From Patescibacteria group bacterium (GTDB lineage: Bacteria > Patescibacteriota > Dojkabacteria > GCA-002793355): a stretch of DNA of 64,000 nt. The stretch is from assembly GCA_016860985.1 (NCBI GenBank), contig BOKM01000001.1, positions 2,310-66,309 on the forward strand, in the 5' to 3' direction. Below are positions 1 to 11,108 of this stretch, in pieces (within the stretch, counting starts at the first letter, position 1; each line of letters begins with the position of its first letter). The notes beneath the pieces are model-generated. The model saw only the letters and a program-made list of their open reading frames with translations, was not told the origin of the DNA and made no database searches. The position numbers and the translations under genes were made by a program.

Positions 1-1
1 A

Positions 2-1417
2 TTTTCGTCTACTTCGAATTCAACTGCGCAAACTCAAGGCCCCATTAAAGCAAGGGCAATTGAGTACGATAGAGATGCATTGATTGGGAAATCTTTTACG
101 GTTTCTTTCGGTGGGTTACAAGAACTGCAGAGCTATAAACAAGAAACTACTTCTTCTGGATTTAAGTACACAAAAAAGAGCGAGAAGGAACTAACAACTG
201 AAGAAAAAAACAGGAAAACTGCAATATCAAAATATTGGGATTATGCAAAAATTTCTAAACCACTAACATTTACATTTATTGTTGCTGGAATTTCGGAAGG
301 CACAGATAAAACAACCGCGTTTGTTCCGCAAGAATTCGCAACAATACTTATGAAAGAATACCTGAGTGTTCCAATAAATGCTCGAACAAAAACATCGATG
401 CCTTCAACCGACTACAATGTCACCTACATTGGATTAGTTTACGACGGTGTAACATTACAAGAAGATGCAACAACATCTATTTTTGCTGGAATACGTAATT
501 CTGTAACAGACCAGGTAAAATCTCAATTTAACACGATAAATAAGCAGATTGCTTCACAAAACAGTCGTATTGCCTCAACTAATCAACAAATAGACCAAGC
601 AAACAGAGAGGCAACACGACCACCAGGAATGCCCCCAGGAACAAGGCGGGTTGATATTAGCAAAATTGGGAGCATAGGTTCACTTGATTCCAACGATATA
701 AAGATAAAGTTTCCTGATGCCTCAACTTCTTACTCAATTCCTGGGCTTGTATTTAAAAAAGATAGAACCACTAACGCTCTGTCTGGCGAATACAAGAGTT
801 TCGATTATACAAAACCTCTGCCATTAGTCAGTAATTCAATATTATTGAAATTGAAAAATACAAGCTCAAGAGAAACAGTAGTAGCCAAACTAAACGAAAC
901 TGGCTTCAACTACACCGATTACAGCAAATACAAGCAGTACGAGGTATTAGAAGGTTATATTTCTACAATATTACTTGCTGCATCTGGTTCAGTCGTTGCC
1001 ATTACTGGCTTGTTCGTACTCATAAATATGGCAAAGTTCGTTTCTGAGAGTAAAAAGGAAATCGGAATATTTAGAGCAATTGGAGGAACTAAAGCTGACA
1101 TCAGAAAGCTTATCATGAACCAATCCCTTAACTATATTTCTGCGGCTTTAGTTCTTGGCGGTATCACAGGCGTGCTAATAAATTATACTGCTTCAAATAG
1201 TATGATGACTTCGGCGCAGAAGTTTATTACAAATACACTTGGAAGCAATCTGATACTAAATGGCAACCTAAATGCGGCACAGTTCCAAGCCCTTGATATT
1301 GAAAAAATCGGATTATACGCTGTTGGATTGATTGTGATTTCTCTAATCGTAACACTTATACCAGCGGCTCAGGCAGCGCGAGTTAGCCCTGTCGAAGCTA
1401 TGAGGGGAGCATCCTAA
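2..1417 (+). CDS. ABC transporter permease, FtsX/MacB family (5' partial)
   Basis: Frame is open from position 2. C-terminal FtsX-type TM block with '[12 protein letters not shown]' and '[15 protein letters not shown]'. Confidence 0.85.
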   Translation, partial: FSSTSNSTAQTQGPIKARAIEYDRDALIGKSFTVSFGGLQELQSYKQETTSSGFKYTKKSEKELTTEEKNRKTAISKYWDYAKISKPLTFTFIVAGISEGTDKTTAFVPQEFATILMKEYLSVPINARTKTSMPSTDYNVTYIGLVYDGVTLQEDATTSIFAGIRNSVTDQVKSQFNTINKQIASQNSRIASTNQQIDQANREATRPPGMPPGTRRVDISKIGSIGSLDSNDIKIKFPDASTSYSIPGLVFKKDRTTNALSGEYKSFDYTKPLPLVSNSILLKLKNTSSRETVVAKLNETGFNYTDYSKYKQYEVLEGYISTILLAASGSVVAITGLFVLINMAKFVSESKKEIGIFRAIGGTKADIRKLIMNQSLNYISAALVLGGITGVLINYTASNSMMTSAQKFITNTLGSNLILNGNLNAAQFQALDIEKIGLYAVGLIVISLIVTLIPAAQAARVSPVEAMRGAS

Positions 1418-2181
1418 TAATCGCTTTTGGGAGGCAAAGGAATAAACGCACTTGTTCTCATTGCGTAAGCCTTAAAATCTTCTCTGTCTTTATACTTTGC
1501 TTCAAGCATTGGAACACCAGAAACATATCGCAAAAGCCAGTTAATAAGCAGCGGGCTAACAATCAATAGAATGTTTCCCGTCACTGCAGCAACTGATATA
1601 AAGATCCCCCACCACATCGTTGCTTCACCGAAATAATTTGGATGTCGGGTATACCTCCACAATCCTTGGGTCATAAGCTTCCCTTTATTTTCCGGAATAC
1701 TGATAAAGTGGCGTAATTGAGCATCCCCTACAACTTCGAAATAATATCCAACGAGCCAAACTAGAATTCCTAATACAAATAACGGCGAAGTCATGTAAAA
1801 GTCAGACAAGTTAACGGACATTACTGGTAAGGCGATTATGTATATGAATAACCCTTGTAAAAGAAATATCTGCAGGTAACTTCGCACATAGAAGTATTTC
1901 CATGTGTTTCGCCACTCTTGATAACGGTAATCTTCTGGCTTTTTAAGGTTCCTTTTTGCAATATGATACGCAAGTCTTGTTCCCCACAAGGTAACAAGTA
2001 CATTGACTACCAGTGCAATTTCGCTTTGGCCACCAATATAAAACGATACCCAGGCAACTAGCACAAAGCCTAGTCCCCATGCAATATCGGCGAGATCGTT
2101 TCTTTTGAATAACAACGCAATCAAATACCACGTTGTCATATAACCGAGTAAAATGACGGCAAGCAACAGAAAGGGGCTCAT
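1414..2181 (-). CDS. DUF1295 / steroid 5-alpha-reductase-like membrane protein
   Basis: Motifs 'ADIAWG', 'EDYRY', '[14 protein letters not shown]'. Confidence 0.9.
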   Translation of the reverse strand: MSPFLLLAVILLGYMTTWYLIALLFKRNDLADIAWGLGFVLVAWVSFYIGGQSEIALVVNVLVTLWGTRLAYHIAKRNLKKPEDYRYQEWRNTWKYFYVRSYLQIFLLQGLFIYIIALPVMSVNLSDFYMTSPLFVLGILVWLVGYYFEVVGDAQLRHFISIPENKGKLMTQGLWRYTRHPNYFGEATMWWGIFISVAAVTGNILLIVSPLLINWLLRYVSGVPMLEAKYKDREDFKAYAMRTSAFIPLPPKSDY

Positions 2182-2597
2182 AGACCTAACTTTTTAGCAA
2201 TAAGATAAGAGACTACCGACACAATTGTAGAGAGTGACGTTCCCCAGATAAGATCAACAACTGTAACCAATAGTGGCCACTCTTTAATTGTTGCAAGATT
2301 CGTTAAGTCGTAAGTCGCATACGTCATTAGGCCAAATAGTGCACCTGCAAAAACTGCATACGTTAAGCTATTCTTTTCTAGCGCAGGTGTTAGCACAAAA
2401 AACACTACGCCCCCGATAAATAGAAAGTAAAACAACAAAGCAGCGACCCAATTTACATTGGTCTTCATTAAGTAGCCAATTTGCTGGCTATAAAAATTCT
2501 TTGCCACAAGTCCTAACCAAACCATGTCGATTGCAAAAAAGACAGGTAAGGCGATGAAATATAGTTTGATAAACATAACAAATGATAACATAGACAC
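2178..2597 (-). CDS. DUF2177 family membrane protein
   Basis: Motifs 'IDMVWLG', '[12 protein letters not shown]', 'VDLIWG'. True start may be a few codons in. Confidence 0.85.
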   Translation of the reverse strand: MSMLSFVMFIKLYFIALPVFFAIDMVWLGLVAKNFYSQQIGYLMKTNVNWVAALLFYFLFIGGVVFFVLTPALEKNSLTYAVFAGALFGLMTYATYDLTNLATIKEWPLLVTVVDLIWGTSLSTIVSVVSYLIAKKLGL

Positions 2598-2628
2598 ATC
2601 TGTTTACACAGGTGTACAGTAGTGGCAT

Positions 2629-3378
2629 ATGGTAAAAAATACTGAGCAAAATGGTGTTACTGCGGGAGTCTTAATTATGAGTGCAGGGATAATTGGTATG
2701 GTTACTCCCTCAATGCTCTCATGGGACATGATGAAGGTTGGGTATGGCACAATTGTTTTATCATTTTTCTTTTTTACACTTGGGCTTATAACCTACCTCA
2801 TTTACAATAGTAGAAGAAAGAAATTTGACCTTATCATGAACGGTAAAGATCTTCTTGCACACTGGGTTTATGATAATGGAGACTACGTCAAAAAAATTGA
2901 AAGAACTTACAAGGAAGCTGTTCAACAAAACAAATCTATTTACACCATCATCATTACATTCTTTGCAATTCTCGTTCCATTATTTGCAATATTTGGTTTT
3001 AGTTCAACAGCAGACGACGAACGAAATCTATTTCTACTGCTTATGGGCTTTATCATTACAATTATTAGCCTCGCAGCATTTATTTCGGCACCACTGCAAC
3101 GTCGTGCTGCTTTAAAAAGCCTCCCTGAAGCAATAATCTCAACACATGGACTAATATATCTTGGCAAATTGCATACTTGGGGCTCGCCTTTGTTCTTTCT
3201 AGCAGGAGTAGATTTAGGAAAACGAAACAAGGAAGTAATCTTTGCGATTAAGTATTTTACTCGTGTAGGATGGTATAAATACGAGACGTACCAAGTAGCT
3301 GTAGAAATCCCACAAGGAAGGGTTGACGAAGCAAAAAGTATTGTTAAAGAGTTACAGCCGTATGTTGGTTTACAATAG
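2629..3378 (+). CDS. Hypothetical membrane protein
   Basis: 249-aa ORF with four hydrophobic segments. Confidence 0.7.
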   Translation: MVKNTEQNGVTAGVLIMSAGIIGMVTPSMLSWDMMKVGYGTIVLSFFFFTLGLITYLIYNSRRKKFDLIMNGKDLLAHWVYDNGDYVKKIERTYKEAVQQNKSIYTIIITFFAILVPLFAIFGFSSTADDERNLFLLLMGFIITIISLAAFISAPLQRRAALKSLPEAIISTHGLIYLGKLHTWGSPLFFLAGVDLGKRNKEVIFAIKYFTRVGWYKYETYQVAVEIPQGRVDEAKSIVKELQPYVGLQ

Positions 3379-4161
3379 CTTCTTAATCATTGGAATCTTT
3401 TCTGACATTGCATTGTAACCAGCTGTTATTACTGCTGCTCTTTGCTGAAAGTTACTAATCCAATCCCTTGATTGGAAGGCAGGCTCAATGACCACGTCAG
3501 CTGCTTTGCAATTTGCCCGCGCAAGTCCCTTTAGTATCAAATTCATGTAGTTTTGCATTACTGCAACGTTACTCTTTTTATTGTAAGGAACATCACTCTC
3601 TGAAAGATTGACCGCAATCACAATATCAGCTCCCATATCCTTAACTATATCAACGGGGACTTGTTGCATCACGCCACCGTCAACCAACTCGCCTAACTCC
3701 TTATGCTTAAAAGGAGAAAATAGAATAGGAATTGAGGAGCTAGCCCTCATGGCATCGGCTAAAGAACCATTGGAAATAAGCACTGCGTCGCCTGATTCCT
3801 TTTCAGCAGCGACAGCGGTAAAAGGTACGTTGCAATCATCTATGTTTAATTCTCCGACTAAGTTTTTTAGAAGCGAAAGAAAACGATCGCCCTTAATAAT
3901 CCCGTCACGCAGGTTAATATCGGAGAAAGACTTTATCATCTCCATATAAGGGAGCGTTTCAATAAAGGATTCCAGTTTACTTAAATCAGATTCAACGGCA
4001 AAGGCTCCACCAACAATCGCACCTGCACTACAACCAGCAATGTAATCAATAGGAATATTATGTGCTTGTAGTGCCTTTATAGCCCCAATATGTGCAAAAC
4101 CTCTTGTACCACCACTACCAAGGGCGAGGCCAACCTTTTTTCTAAAACCAAAGAATCCCAT
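3370..4161 (-). CDS. Patatin-like phospholipase (RssA/NTE family)
   Basis: GSGGTRG, GCSAG and DGG motifs. Start placed at ATG 4161, just after a TATACT -10 box. Confidence 0.9.
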   Translation of the reverse strand: MGFFGFRKKVGLALGSGGTRGFAHIGAIKALQAHNIPIDYIAGCSAGAIVGGAFAVESDLSKLESFIETLPYMEMIKSFSDINLRDGIIKGDRFLSLLKNLVGELNIDDCNVPFTAVAAEKESGDAVLISNGSLADAMRASSSIPILFSPFKHKELGELVDGGVMQQVPVDIVKDMGADIVIAVNLSESDVPYNKKSNVAVMQNYMNLILKGLARANCKAADVVIEPAFQSRDWISNFQQRAAVITAGYNAMSEKIPMIKKLL

Positions 4162-4270
4162 ATCATCAGTATACACAATAAAGTGAGACAAATAAAAGAC
4201 TTTACCACCATTAAAACCAAGAAGAATGCTAGTCAATACACTTCACACGAGACCTATAGTATGTTATAAT

Positions 4271-4430
4271 TATGTGTTATTGAGTTCACTCATAACATGG
4301 TTCTGAATGTTGGGACCATTACTAGCCCCAATATTTTAGAGCCGGTTCTTTGACAACCGGAAGTCAAATAATTTCCTTGTGAGCATATCAGGTTAAGCTA
4401 TTCAAGTTAGTTTTCTCTTATATGCTCATG
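4271..4430 (+). other. Run of predicted hairpins, candidate structured 5' leader
   Basis: Four consecutive inverted repeats downstream of TATAAT at 4265 (see findings). Confidence 0.35.
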
Positions 4431-4510
4431 AGGTTTCAACCTTTGAAGTTCACTTCACTGATGTTGAGTAAAATCCCATCCTAATGCGCAGAAGAAAGGA
4501 ACGGTTCCCA

Positions 4511-5143
4511 ATGATTAGGCGAATCTCCTTAGTAGTGTTCTTCGTTTCGATGTTCGTGCTTGCATCATGCGGCACCCCGCCCGAGGCTTACACCCCCAAC
4601 ATGCTCGCGGTCGCTTTCAGCGATGGTAACGCGACTGTCTATAAGGGGTCAAACTTCGTGTGGGTTGAGAATGTGGGACTCTCGCAGGTATATGGCAACG
4701 TGCCGGTAGAGGTCATTACGTTCAAAGCAAACGATGTCATCTGCCTCGCAGTCCTCAACCCAGACTCTGGAACAACGACTGGCGCACCCGATTGCCGCAC
4801 CGCTGAACTGCAATCCGCGGAAGTTGGGACTCCCATTGTCGAAACTCCTATGGAGATTTTCGATGCTATGTCGCTGGACATGGTATGGAGTACTGATTTT
4901 ACGGAAAGCGCAAGCGACGCGGGCTTTTTGGCAATTTTCTTTGATGAAGATGGTAACCCCATCGAGAATGAGTCCGTAAGGGCGAAATTCCTCATGCTCA
5001 ACCGCAACAACGGCATGATTATCACTGAAAAAGGCATCCTCTCTGATACCCCTGGGTACAGCACCTCCGTGTGCGTTTACCTAAACGACCTTGTGAACGA
5101 ATATGGGCTCAGAGAGTGCATGAAATTGCCAAACTCCAAGTAG
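4511..5143 (+). CDS. Putative lipoprotein
   Basis: Basic N-terminus, hydrophobic stretch, lipobox LASC. Visibly more GC-rich than its neighbours. Confidence 0.7.
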   Translation: MIRRISLVVFFVSMFVLASCGTPPEAYTPNMLAVAFSDGNATVYKGSNFVWVENVGLSQVYGNVPVEVITFKANDVICLAVLNPDSGTTTGAPDCRTAELQSAEVGTPIVETPMEIFDAMSLDMVWSTDFTESASDAGFLAIFFDEDGNPIENESVRAKFLMLNRNNGMIITEKGILSDTPGYSTSVCVYLNDLVNEYGLRECMKLPNSK

Positions 5144-5158
5144 GGATAAGATGACTAT

Positions 5159-5200
5159 GGCAGGAGCCTGAGTGAGCGTTTGCTCGGGCTCCTGTTCGGT
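5159..5200 (+). terminator. Strong hairpin, probable terminator
   Basis: CAGGAGCCTGAG(5161-72)...CTCGGGCTCCTG(5183-94) between convergent genes. Confidence 0.6.
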
Positions 5201-5271
5201 TGAATTGAATATGTCTACTCTGTAGATTAATCACTTCTTCCATCCTGACTTCCGGTTGTCTTTCCCCTTTT

Positions 5272-5703
5272 TTATGATTCAGGTGAGAGAATTGCTTTTG
5301 CCGTTTGATACGCCTTATCAATGACGGATTCCAAAACAGCAGTATTTACGTCACTCAACTTGTTGATATATAAACAAGAGCCACCAGACTTCTTGCATTT
5401 TCCGAGCTGTGGGAGAAATTCATTAACTATCTCGACACTTGGCATAAAATAAAGTGTGAGGTTCTGTTTTCTTGGAGAAAATGCTACTAACGGCCAATCA
5501 CCTTCTTGCCTGCTTCGCTCAGATTTATAGTGATACTTTCCAAAGCCAACAATACTTGTACCCCACATTTTTGCCTTTTGTTTTGTCACTTTTTCAAACA
5601 ATTTGAGTAGTTGTTTCGCATCATCTCTTTTTGATTCATCCATAACAGAATCAAGAAAGGCAGAAACAGAGGCATCGTTCGGTAAAGTTTTTAATGTTGA
5701 CAT
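5272..5703 (-). CDS. DUF1801 (YdhG-like) protein
   Basis: Motifs 'MWGTSIVGFGKYHY', 'FSPRKQNLTLY', 'SCLYINKLSDV'. Start MSTLKT at 5703. Confidence 0.85.
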   Translation of the reverse strand: MSTLKTLPNDASVSAFLDSVMDESKRDDAKQLLKLFEKVTKQKAKMWGTSIVGFGKYHYKSERSRQEGDWPLVAFSPRKQNLTLYFMPSVEIVNEFLPQLGKCKKSGGSCLYINKLSDVNTAVLESVIDKAYQTAKAILSPES

Positions 5704-5748
5704 AAGTAGTGTAACACGTTTAACCCCTTGTTGTGATATTATTTTGTA

Positions 5749-6741
5749 ATGGAACAGAACAAAAAATTCGCACTTGGTGTTGAACGACTCATAAACCCAA
5801 TTACCGTTGGTACAATGCACTTTTTACAGGGACTAAACAGTTTGCTTCCCCGTAAAATTCAGAACAAGATGATGAATAGTACTTCCGAAAAAGTACCGTA
5901 CATGGGGTTTGTTGTTGAGCCATATAGTACCTTTCTTTGTTACGAAATTGCAGATGTTGAGGCGGCAAAAGCGCTATTGCCTGATCACTTTGAACTAGTA
6001 AAAACCAGTGTGTTTGATAATGATGAACCAAAGTATTACTGTATTTTCGGCTGTATCAATGTGCACACGAGTGCGTTTTGGGGATCAAGAGTCGAGTTTT
6101 ACATAATTGCCGAAGATACTCGAACAAGATTACTCAGCTGGATTATTGTTGACTACGATACCAATACCATTAGTTATGACAAAAAAAGTGGCTTGCGCGC
6201 ACCAAACAGCCCAACAGCCGTTATTACAACGAACCATAGGGGGCGCCTTTTTGCAGACATTTTAAACACAAAGGACTCACGCCACCTCTCCTTTGATTAC
6301 ACGCTTACAGACGGAATAATGACTCCACTCGCACAGCGATTGTGGCTCGAAGGGAACTTATCAATTGGCTACGGAAAGATACTTTCAGAAAATGAAGCGG
6401 ACATTTTTTCGTTAAAGTTTGAACCCTGCGAGGTCGAAAAAGCACTGTATATTGATCCAGCACAGGTGACAGTTAATGCAAACACGTGGTTCCCAGGATT
6501 ATTTCATGAAAAGCCTGCCGTAGTAGCTTGCTTCCCTTATGCACAACACTTCGTTTCTGATACACCGGGGCACGCAAGTCTACTAAAAGATGAAAAAGAG
6601 TTGGAAGAAGCAGTAAAAAGTATTGATTTTACCAAAATATCGAGCTTCTCTGTTGAATTTCTGCTCCCAATGTTTATCGGAGGAATGATATTGTCATTGC
6701 TGACAACGATTGTGCTTGTCGCATTGCTGATAATTACGTAA
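5749..6741 (+). CDS. Hypothetical protein with C-terminal TM anchor (possibly acetoacetate-decarboxylase-like fold)
   Basis: 330-aa ORF with 'AKALLPDHFEL' pattern. Fold assignment tentative. Confidence 0.6.
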   Translation: MEQNKKFALGVERLINPITVGTMHFLQGLNSLLPRKIQNKMMNSTSEKVPYMGFVVEPYSTFLCYEIADVEAAKALLPDHFELVKTSVFDNDEPKYYCIFGCINVHTSAFWGSRVEFYIIAEDTRTRLLSWIIVDYDTNTISYDKKSGLRAPNSPTAVITTNHRGRLFADILNTKDSRHLSFDYTLTDGIMTPLAQRLWLEGNLSIGYGKILSENEADIFSLKFEPCEVEKALYIDPAQVTVNANTWFPGLFHEKPAVVACFPYAQHFVSDTPGHASLLKDEKELEEAVKSIDFTKISSFSVEFLLPMFIGGMILSLLTTIVLVALLIIT

Positions 6742-6809
6742 GGTCTTTATACGAAAGCTGTAATGCTCCCATGCTCAGATTCTTTAAAATATCTCGTCAT
6801 ATACTTGGA

Positions 6810-7097
6810 TTATCGAGTATTCTGCGTCTGAACGTACAACCACAAAAAGAAATACGATAAAAGAATTCCAAGAAGTCCCAGCGCAAGTCGACCATACCAT
6901 TTATCTGGCAAAGAATATCGTTTTGCAACGACCTGCAAGATGCTTGTAATAACCACAGAGGCACCACTGATTATCAGCATGAGCATTCCAACAATATCAC
7001 CAAAATACCCCCCTGTTTTCGGTACGAGGTAAAGCATATACAGTCCGTATATTGCAGTAATAAGTGGAAAGAAATAGAGTTGCAGATATTTCATCAC
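6810..7097 (-). CDS. Small membrane protein
   Basis: Three hydrophobic helices; fills the intergenic gap. Confidence 0.6.
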   Translation of the reverse strand: MMKYLQLYFFPLITAIYGLYMLYLVPKTGGYFGDIVGMLMLIISGASVVITSILQVVAKRYSLPDKWYGRLALGLLGILLSYFFLWLYVQTQNTR

Positions 7098-7163
7098 TCA
7101 TTGTGCCAAGCTTGTCACCAAAAGGCAAGGTGCGATTCATTGTAAATTAGAGTAAACTCAAGT

Positions 7164-7616
7164 ATGGACACAACACTTATAGAACAATTCTTACTTTCGG
7201 CTCGTACAAAAACCTATGCTGGGGCAACAAGAAAATCTGAGGCACTACTTCCTGGCGCTGTGCAATATGAACACGTTGAAGAAAAACTCTCCTACCGCGA
7301 TACGTACTATTTGGGTAATGGCATTTTTGCAGGCCTCGAAACTGTTTTCCTAGAGGGCAAACCAGTATGGACAATGTCGTACTTTGGAGATTTTTCAAAG
7401 ATGACAGAGGAGCAAGCAGACGGTATGCTTCGCACTGCACTTCAAGATTTATGGCAGACCACGCGAATGTACACAGTTGTCAAGAAATCGTACCCAACAT
7501 TCGAATATTCCTGCGAAGGAGATGGTACATTTGAAAAGGTCTCGGGTACTGAACTTATCAAAGTAGCTGGAAACGTAATTTACAATTTTTACTACGCAGG
7601 TGGCTTTATTGGTTAG
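7164..7616 (+). CDS. DUF5680-like protein
   Basis: Motifs 'TYAG', 'YRDTYY..G..F.G.E.V', 'W.MSY.G', 'Y.GG.I'. Confidence 0.7.
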   Translation: MDTTLIEQFLLSARTKTYAGATRKSEALLPGAVQYEHVEEKLSYRDTYYLGNGIFAGLETVFLEGKPVWTMSYFGDFSKMTEEQADGMLRTALQDLWQTTRMYTVVKKSYPTFEYSCEGDGTFEKVSGTELIKVAGNVIYNFYYAGGFIG

Positions 7617-7622
7617 GAATTA

Positions 7623-8315
7623 CTACTTATTCTCAACTTTGATTTCTGGTAACCACACGCCTTTAGGTCGTTCAATCAAAAACGAGACTACTTTTGCGAG
7701 TTCTTCGGTAGGAATAAATGTTGCTAGTTTCTCCTCTGCAAAGTTTTCACCAGCTTTATTGAACATTTGTGTGTTAGTTCCGCCTTGGTAAATACCTGCT
7801 ACACGAATTCCGCTATCAAGCAGATCTTCGCGTAATACTTCGGTAAAACCTCGAACGCCGTACTTTGTTGCCGAATACACAGATTGCCCCGCCTGAGCAG
7901 CATATCCGGAGCGTGAAGAAATGTTAACAACAAAACCGTTCTGTGATTTTCGAAGAAGCGGAAGTACCTTTTGCGTCAAGGAAATGAGCCCAGTAAGGTT
8001 TGTTGCAATTACGTTTAATAATTCTGATTCAGGAATTTCATCTAATGGCGACTTCTTTTGCCATATACCAGCGTTATTGATAACACCATCTAGCTCCTTC
8101 AGCTGCTGACAAAAATCCGAGATTTGTTGAGAATCGCGCAAGTCAACACTAAATACAGACGCTGATAAAGCACCTTCTTTTGCACACATATCTTTAACGA
8201 GATTTAATTTTTCGGTATTTCGCGCCAGCAAGAGAAGCTCATGCCCTTTCTTTGCTAATTCGAGTGCGATTGCTTTTCCAATCCCTTCGCTTGCACCGGT
8301 TATTAGTACTTTCAT
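7623..8315 (-). CDS. Short-chain dehydrogenase/reductase
   Basis: TGASEGIG, NNAG and YSATK motifs. Confidence 0.95.
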   Translation of the reverse strand: MKVLITGASEGIGKAIALELAKKGHELLLLARNTEKLNLVKDMCAKEGALSASVFSVDLRDSQQISDFCQQLKELDGVINNAGIWQKKSPLDEIPESELLNVIATNLTGLISLTQKVLPLLRKSQNGFVVNISSRSGYAAQAGQSVYSATKYGVRGFTEVLREDLLDSGIRVAGIYQGGTNTQMFNKAGENFAEEKLATFIPTEELAKVVSFLIERPKGVWLPEIKVENK

Positions 8316-8397
8316 TTTTCAAACTCATTTGACTTATTCTCAATTATACGTCACTTATAAAATTTGTTCTTAAAATAGGAACGGCATATAATCGTAA

Positions 8398-9126
8398 ATG
8401 CCATATCGCGGTCTTTACGATTCTGAAAAGCAGGATTCCTACAAAATTTCTCGTTCAGGTATTGAATACTTTGTCCAGTGCCCACACTGTTTTTATCTTG
8501 AGAAATGCCTTGGTCTTAAACGACCGTCCGGGCCGCCTTTTTCTTTAAACTCTGCGGTAGATCACTTATTAAAAAAGGAATTCGATGCGCATCGAGTAAG
8601 ACAAGAAGCTCACCCTTTAATGAAAGAGTACGGCATTAATGCGATTCCGTTTTCTCACGAGTCTTTGGATACCTGGCGGAGCAATTTTAAAGGAGTGCAA
8701 TTTCTCCATCAACGAACTAACTTATACGTTTATGGTGCAGTCGACGACGTGTGGTTAAGTAATTCCGGAAAATTAATTGTCATTGATTATAAATCTACTG
8801 CAAAGGATACCGAGGTTTCGCTCGATGCAGAGTGGCAGATGGGCTATAAACGGCAAATGGAAGTATATCAATGGCTTTTGAGGCAGAATGATTTCGAAGT
8901 TCAAGATACCGGTTATTTTGTGTACTGTAATGGAAAGAAGGATGCGCAAGCGTTTGATGGTAAACTAGAGTTTTCAATCAAATTAATTCCTTATATCGGA
9001 GACTCGTCGTGGGTCGAAGAAATACTTTATCAGATTAAGGATTGCCTCAACTCAAACGCTGTTCCGAAATACACTGATAATTGTGAATGGTGTGCATATC
9101 AACATTTATATAGCACTCTATCATGA
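8398..9126 (+). CDS. PD-(D/E)XK nuclease, AddB/Cas4-like with Cys cluster
   Basis: 'G.VDD.W...VIDYK', 'QMEVY', N-terminal CPHC and C-terminal CEWC. Confidence 0.85.
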   Translation: MPYRGLYDSEKQDSYKISRSGIEYFVQCPHCFYLEKCLGLKRPSGPPFSLNSAVDHLLKKEFDAHRVRQEAHPLMKEYGINAIPFSHESLDTWRSNFKGVQFLHQRTNLYVYGAVDDVWLSNSGKLIVIDYKSTAKDTEVSLDAEWQMGYKRQMEVYQWLLRQNDFEVQDTGYFVYCNGKKDAQAFDGKLEFSIKLIPYIGDSSWVEEILYQIKDCLNSNAVPKYTDNCEWCAYQHLYSTLS

Positions 9127-10199
9127 AGCCTAATCGTATTGAGGCAATCGATTTGTTAAGAGGGCATTTTTTGGTTGCAATGATTGTAGACCATCTAGCA
9201 TTTATCTTCTCGCCATCGGTGTGGGAATTTTATAACGGAAATGGAAAGCTATGGGTTTCTGCAGCTGAGGGGTTCATCTTCCTTGCTGGATTAATGGTTG
9301 GTTATTTATTTGTAGCTGTACCGAAGTATGACTTTGGGCAGGCAACAAGAAAATTACTTTTCCGATCTGTATCGCTATATGCGGTTACGGTAACGGTGAC
9401 CATAATTACTAGTCTGTTCTTATGGGGAGAAAAACTTCCACTTACCGGAATATTTTCATTGCAACAAACAATGCCCGAAATATTTGAACTAATAGGCGCA
9501 TCTTTACTTCTTCAGCACAGATACGGATGGGTAAATATACTCACGCTTTACGCTTGCTTATTTTTTATTTCTCCAGTTATCGTTTTTCTCTTGCATCGTA
9601 AGCACGTGCTACCCGTTGTAATAATTTCAATCATAATATGGCTCTTATCACAGTTTGGGTTAATACGTGCTTATATGCATGGAATATATGATTTATTTTC
9701 ATGGCAATTGCTATTTGTCTTGGGGGCAGTTCTCGGTACACATCTCGTTAAGGTGAGAGCAACTTTCTTAGGAATTACTTCCAAAAAATTTGCGCGACTT
9801 TCTACGGTAATTCTTACCCTTGTAATCGCCCTACTTAGCGTAAAAATTGGGAACGATATGAATTACTTTGGGATTCAGCCCTTCACGAAAAATGTTCTGG
9901 GTGTAGGCAGGTTATTTCTTTTCCCAATTTGGTTAACTGGTACTTATACTATACTTACAATTGCAACAAAAGTTTTACCTAAACAGGTTAAAACTTTCTA
10001 TCTTTGGTTTGGGCAACATTCACTGCAAATTTACATATTGCACGGTGTAATACTAACAGTTTTGGCAAGTAGTGAGTTACATACTTCTAATTATTGGATA
10101 AATACGTTTGCAATTACTGGTGTGCTGCTAGCAACACTGGGCTTGTCTAATTTGTTATCTAGGTTTAAATATCGTAAAGAATGCGACAGTAGAATATAA
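9123..10199 (+). CDS. OpgC-like membrane acyltransferase
   Basis: 'RIEAIDLLRG...M..DH', 'SAAEGFIFLAG', 'FSWQLLF', 'GQHSLQIY'. Confidence 0.8.
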   Translation: MKPNRIEAIDLLRGHFLVAMIVDHLAFIFSPSVWEFYNGNGKLWVSAAEGFIFLAGLMVGYLFVAVPKYDFGQATRKLLFRSVSLYAVTVTVTIITSLFLWGEKLPLTGIFSLQQTMPEIFELIGASLLLQHRYGWVNILTLYACLFFISPVIVFLLHRKHVLPVVIISIIIWLLSQFGLIRAYMHGIYDLFSWQLLFVLGAVLGTHLVKVRATFLGITSKKFARLSTVILTLVIALLSVKIGNDMNYFGIQPFTKNVLGVGRLFLFPIWLTGTYTILTIATKVLPKQVKTFYLWFGQHSLQIYILHGVILTVLASSELHTSNYWINTFAITGVLLATLGLSNLLSRFKYRKECDSRI

Positions 10200-10205
10200 T
10201 ACATA

Positions 10206-11063
10206 ATGAATTGGTTTATTCTTACCCTTATTTATGTTTTCTTTCTTACCACTGCCTCTGTCATTAACAAGAAATCGTTAAATGCCGAAAAATTAGATGA
10301 AATTGTATTTGGGGCTTCTGTTCAGGTCGCTACAAGTATCGTAAGTTTACTACTCGCACTTGCGACAGGTTGGGCATTTACTTTTAATGCAGCTTCTATA
10401 CCGTTGTTTGTTGGAATGGGTGTTGTTTACTTTTTTGCCGTAAGTATGTATTTTACGGGACTAAGTAAAATTGAACTTTCAACAGTTACCATACTTGAAG
10501 CAACTGGAGCAATTTACTCACTACTACTTGGAATATTTCTTTTAGGTGAGTCTTTTACAGCAATGAAGTTGCTGGGTATTGCACTTATCATCGCAGCGGT
10601 GTTAATCGTTTCGCTCAGTAAAGAGAAGAAATCATTTTCAAAGTATTCTTTAATAATTTTGGCTGCAATATTCTTTTATGCACTTGGAGCGGTACTCGAT
10701 AAGCAGTTAAATGCTTTTGGTAACCCCTTAAGCTATCTTACGTTGTCGTTCGCAACTGCAGGGATTTCGATGTTACTCATCTACTTTAAACGAACAAGGG
10801 CTGCATTGAACGGAACCTTCAAACTCAAAGTTTTTTGGCAGGGAATAATTACAAATGGAATACTGTATTCTCTCGGCTTCTGGTCACTTTTTGAAGCTTA
10901 TAATCGAGGAGGTGAAGTATCTAGAATGTTTCCGATTACGCTTTCAATGTCTGTTCTTATCCCTCTCATGGGGATTTTGTTTTTAAAAGAGCGTAATTAC
11001 CTCCCACGAAAAATAATTGCGATTGTCGTAATGATTGTTGGTCTTTGGATTCTTGGCAACTAA
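10206..11063 (+). CDS. EamA/DMT family transporter
   Basis: About 10 TM helices in two repeats ending 'FLLGE' and 'FLKE'. Confidence 0.85.
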   Translation: MNWFILTLIYVFFLTTASVINKKSLNAEKLDEIVFGASVQVATSIVSLLLALATGWAFTFNAASIPLFVGMGVVYFFAVSMYFTGLSKIELSTVTILEATGAIYSLLLGIFLLGESFTAMKLLGIALIIAAVLIVSLSKEKKSFSKYSLIILAAIFFYALGAVLDKQLNAFGNPLSYLTLSFATAGISMLLIYFKRTRAALNGTFKLKVFWQGIITNGILYSLGFWSLFEAYNRGGEVSRMFPITLSMSVLIPLMGILFLKERNYLPRKIIAIVVMIVGLWILGN

Positions 11064-11108
11064 TTGATTGTTGTGCTATACAATAAAAGCTAAATTTCAA
11101 GATACATT

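Noticed and set aside
8398-9126. Cas4 of a CRISPR system
   Set aside because: No cas1/cas2 or array nearby; solo AddB/Cas4-like nucleases are common.
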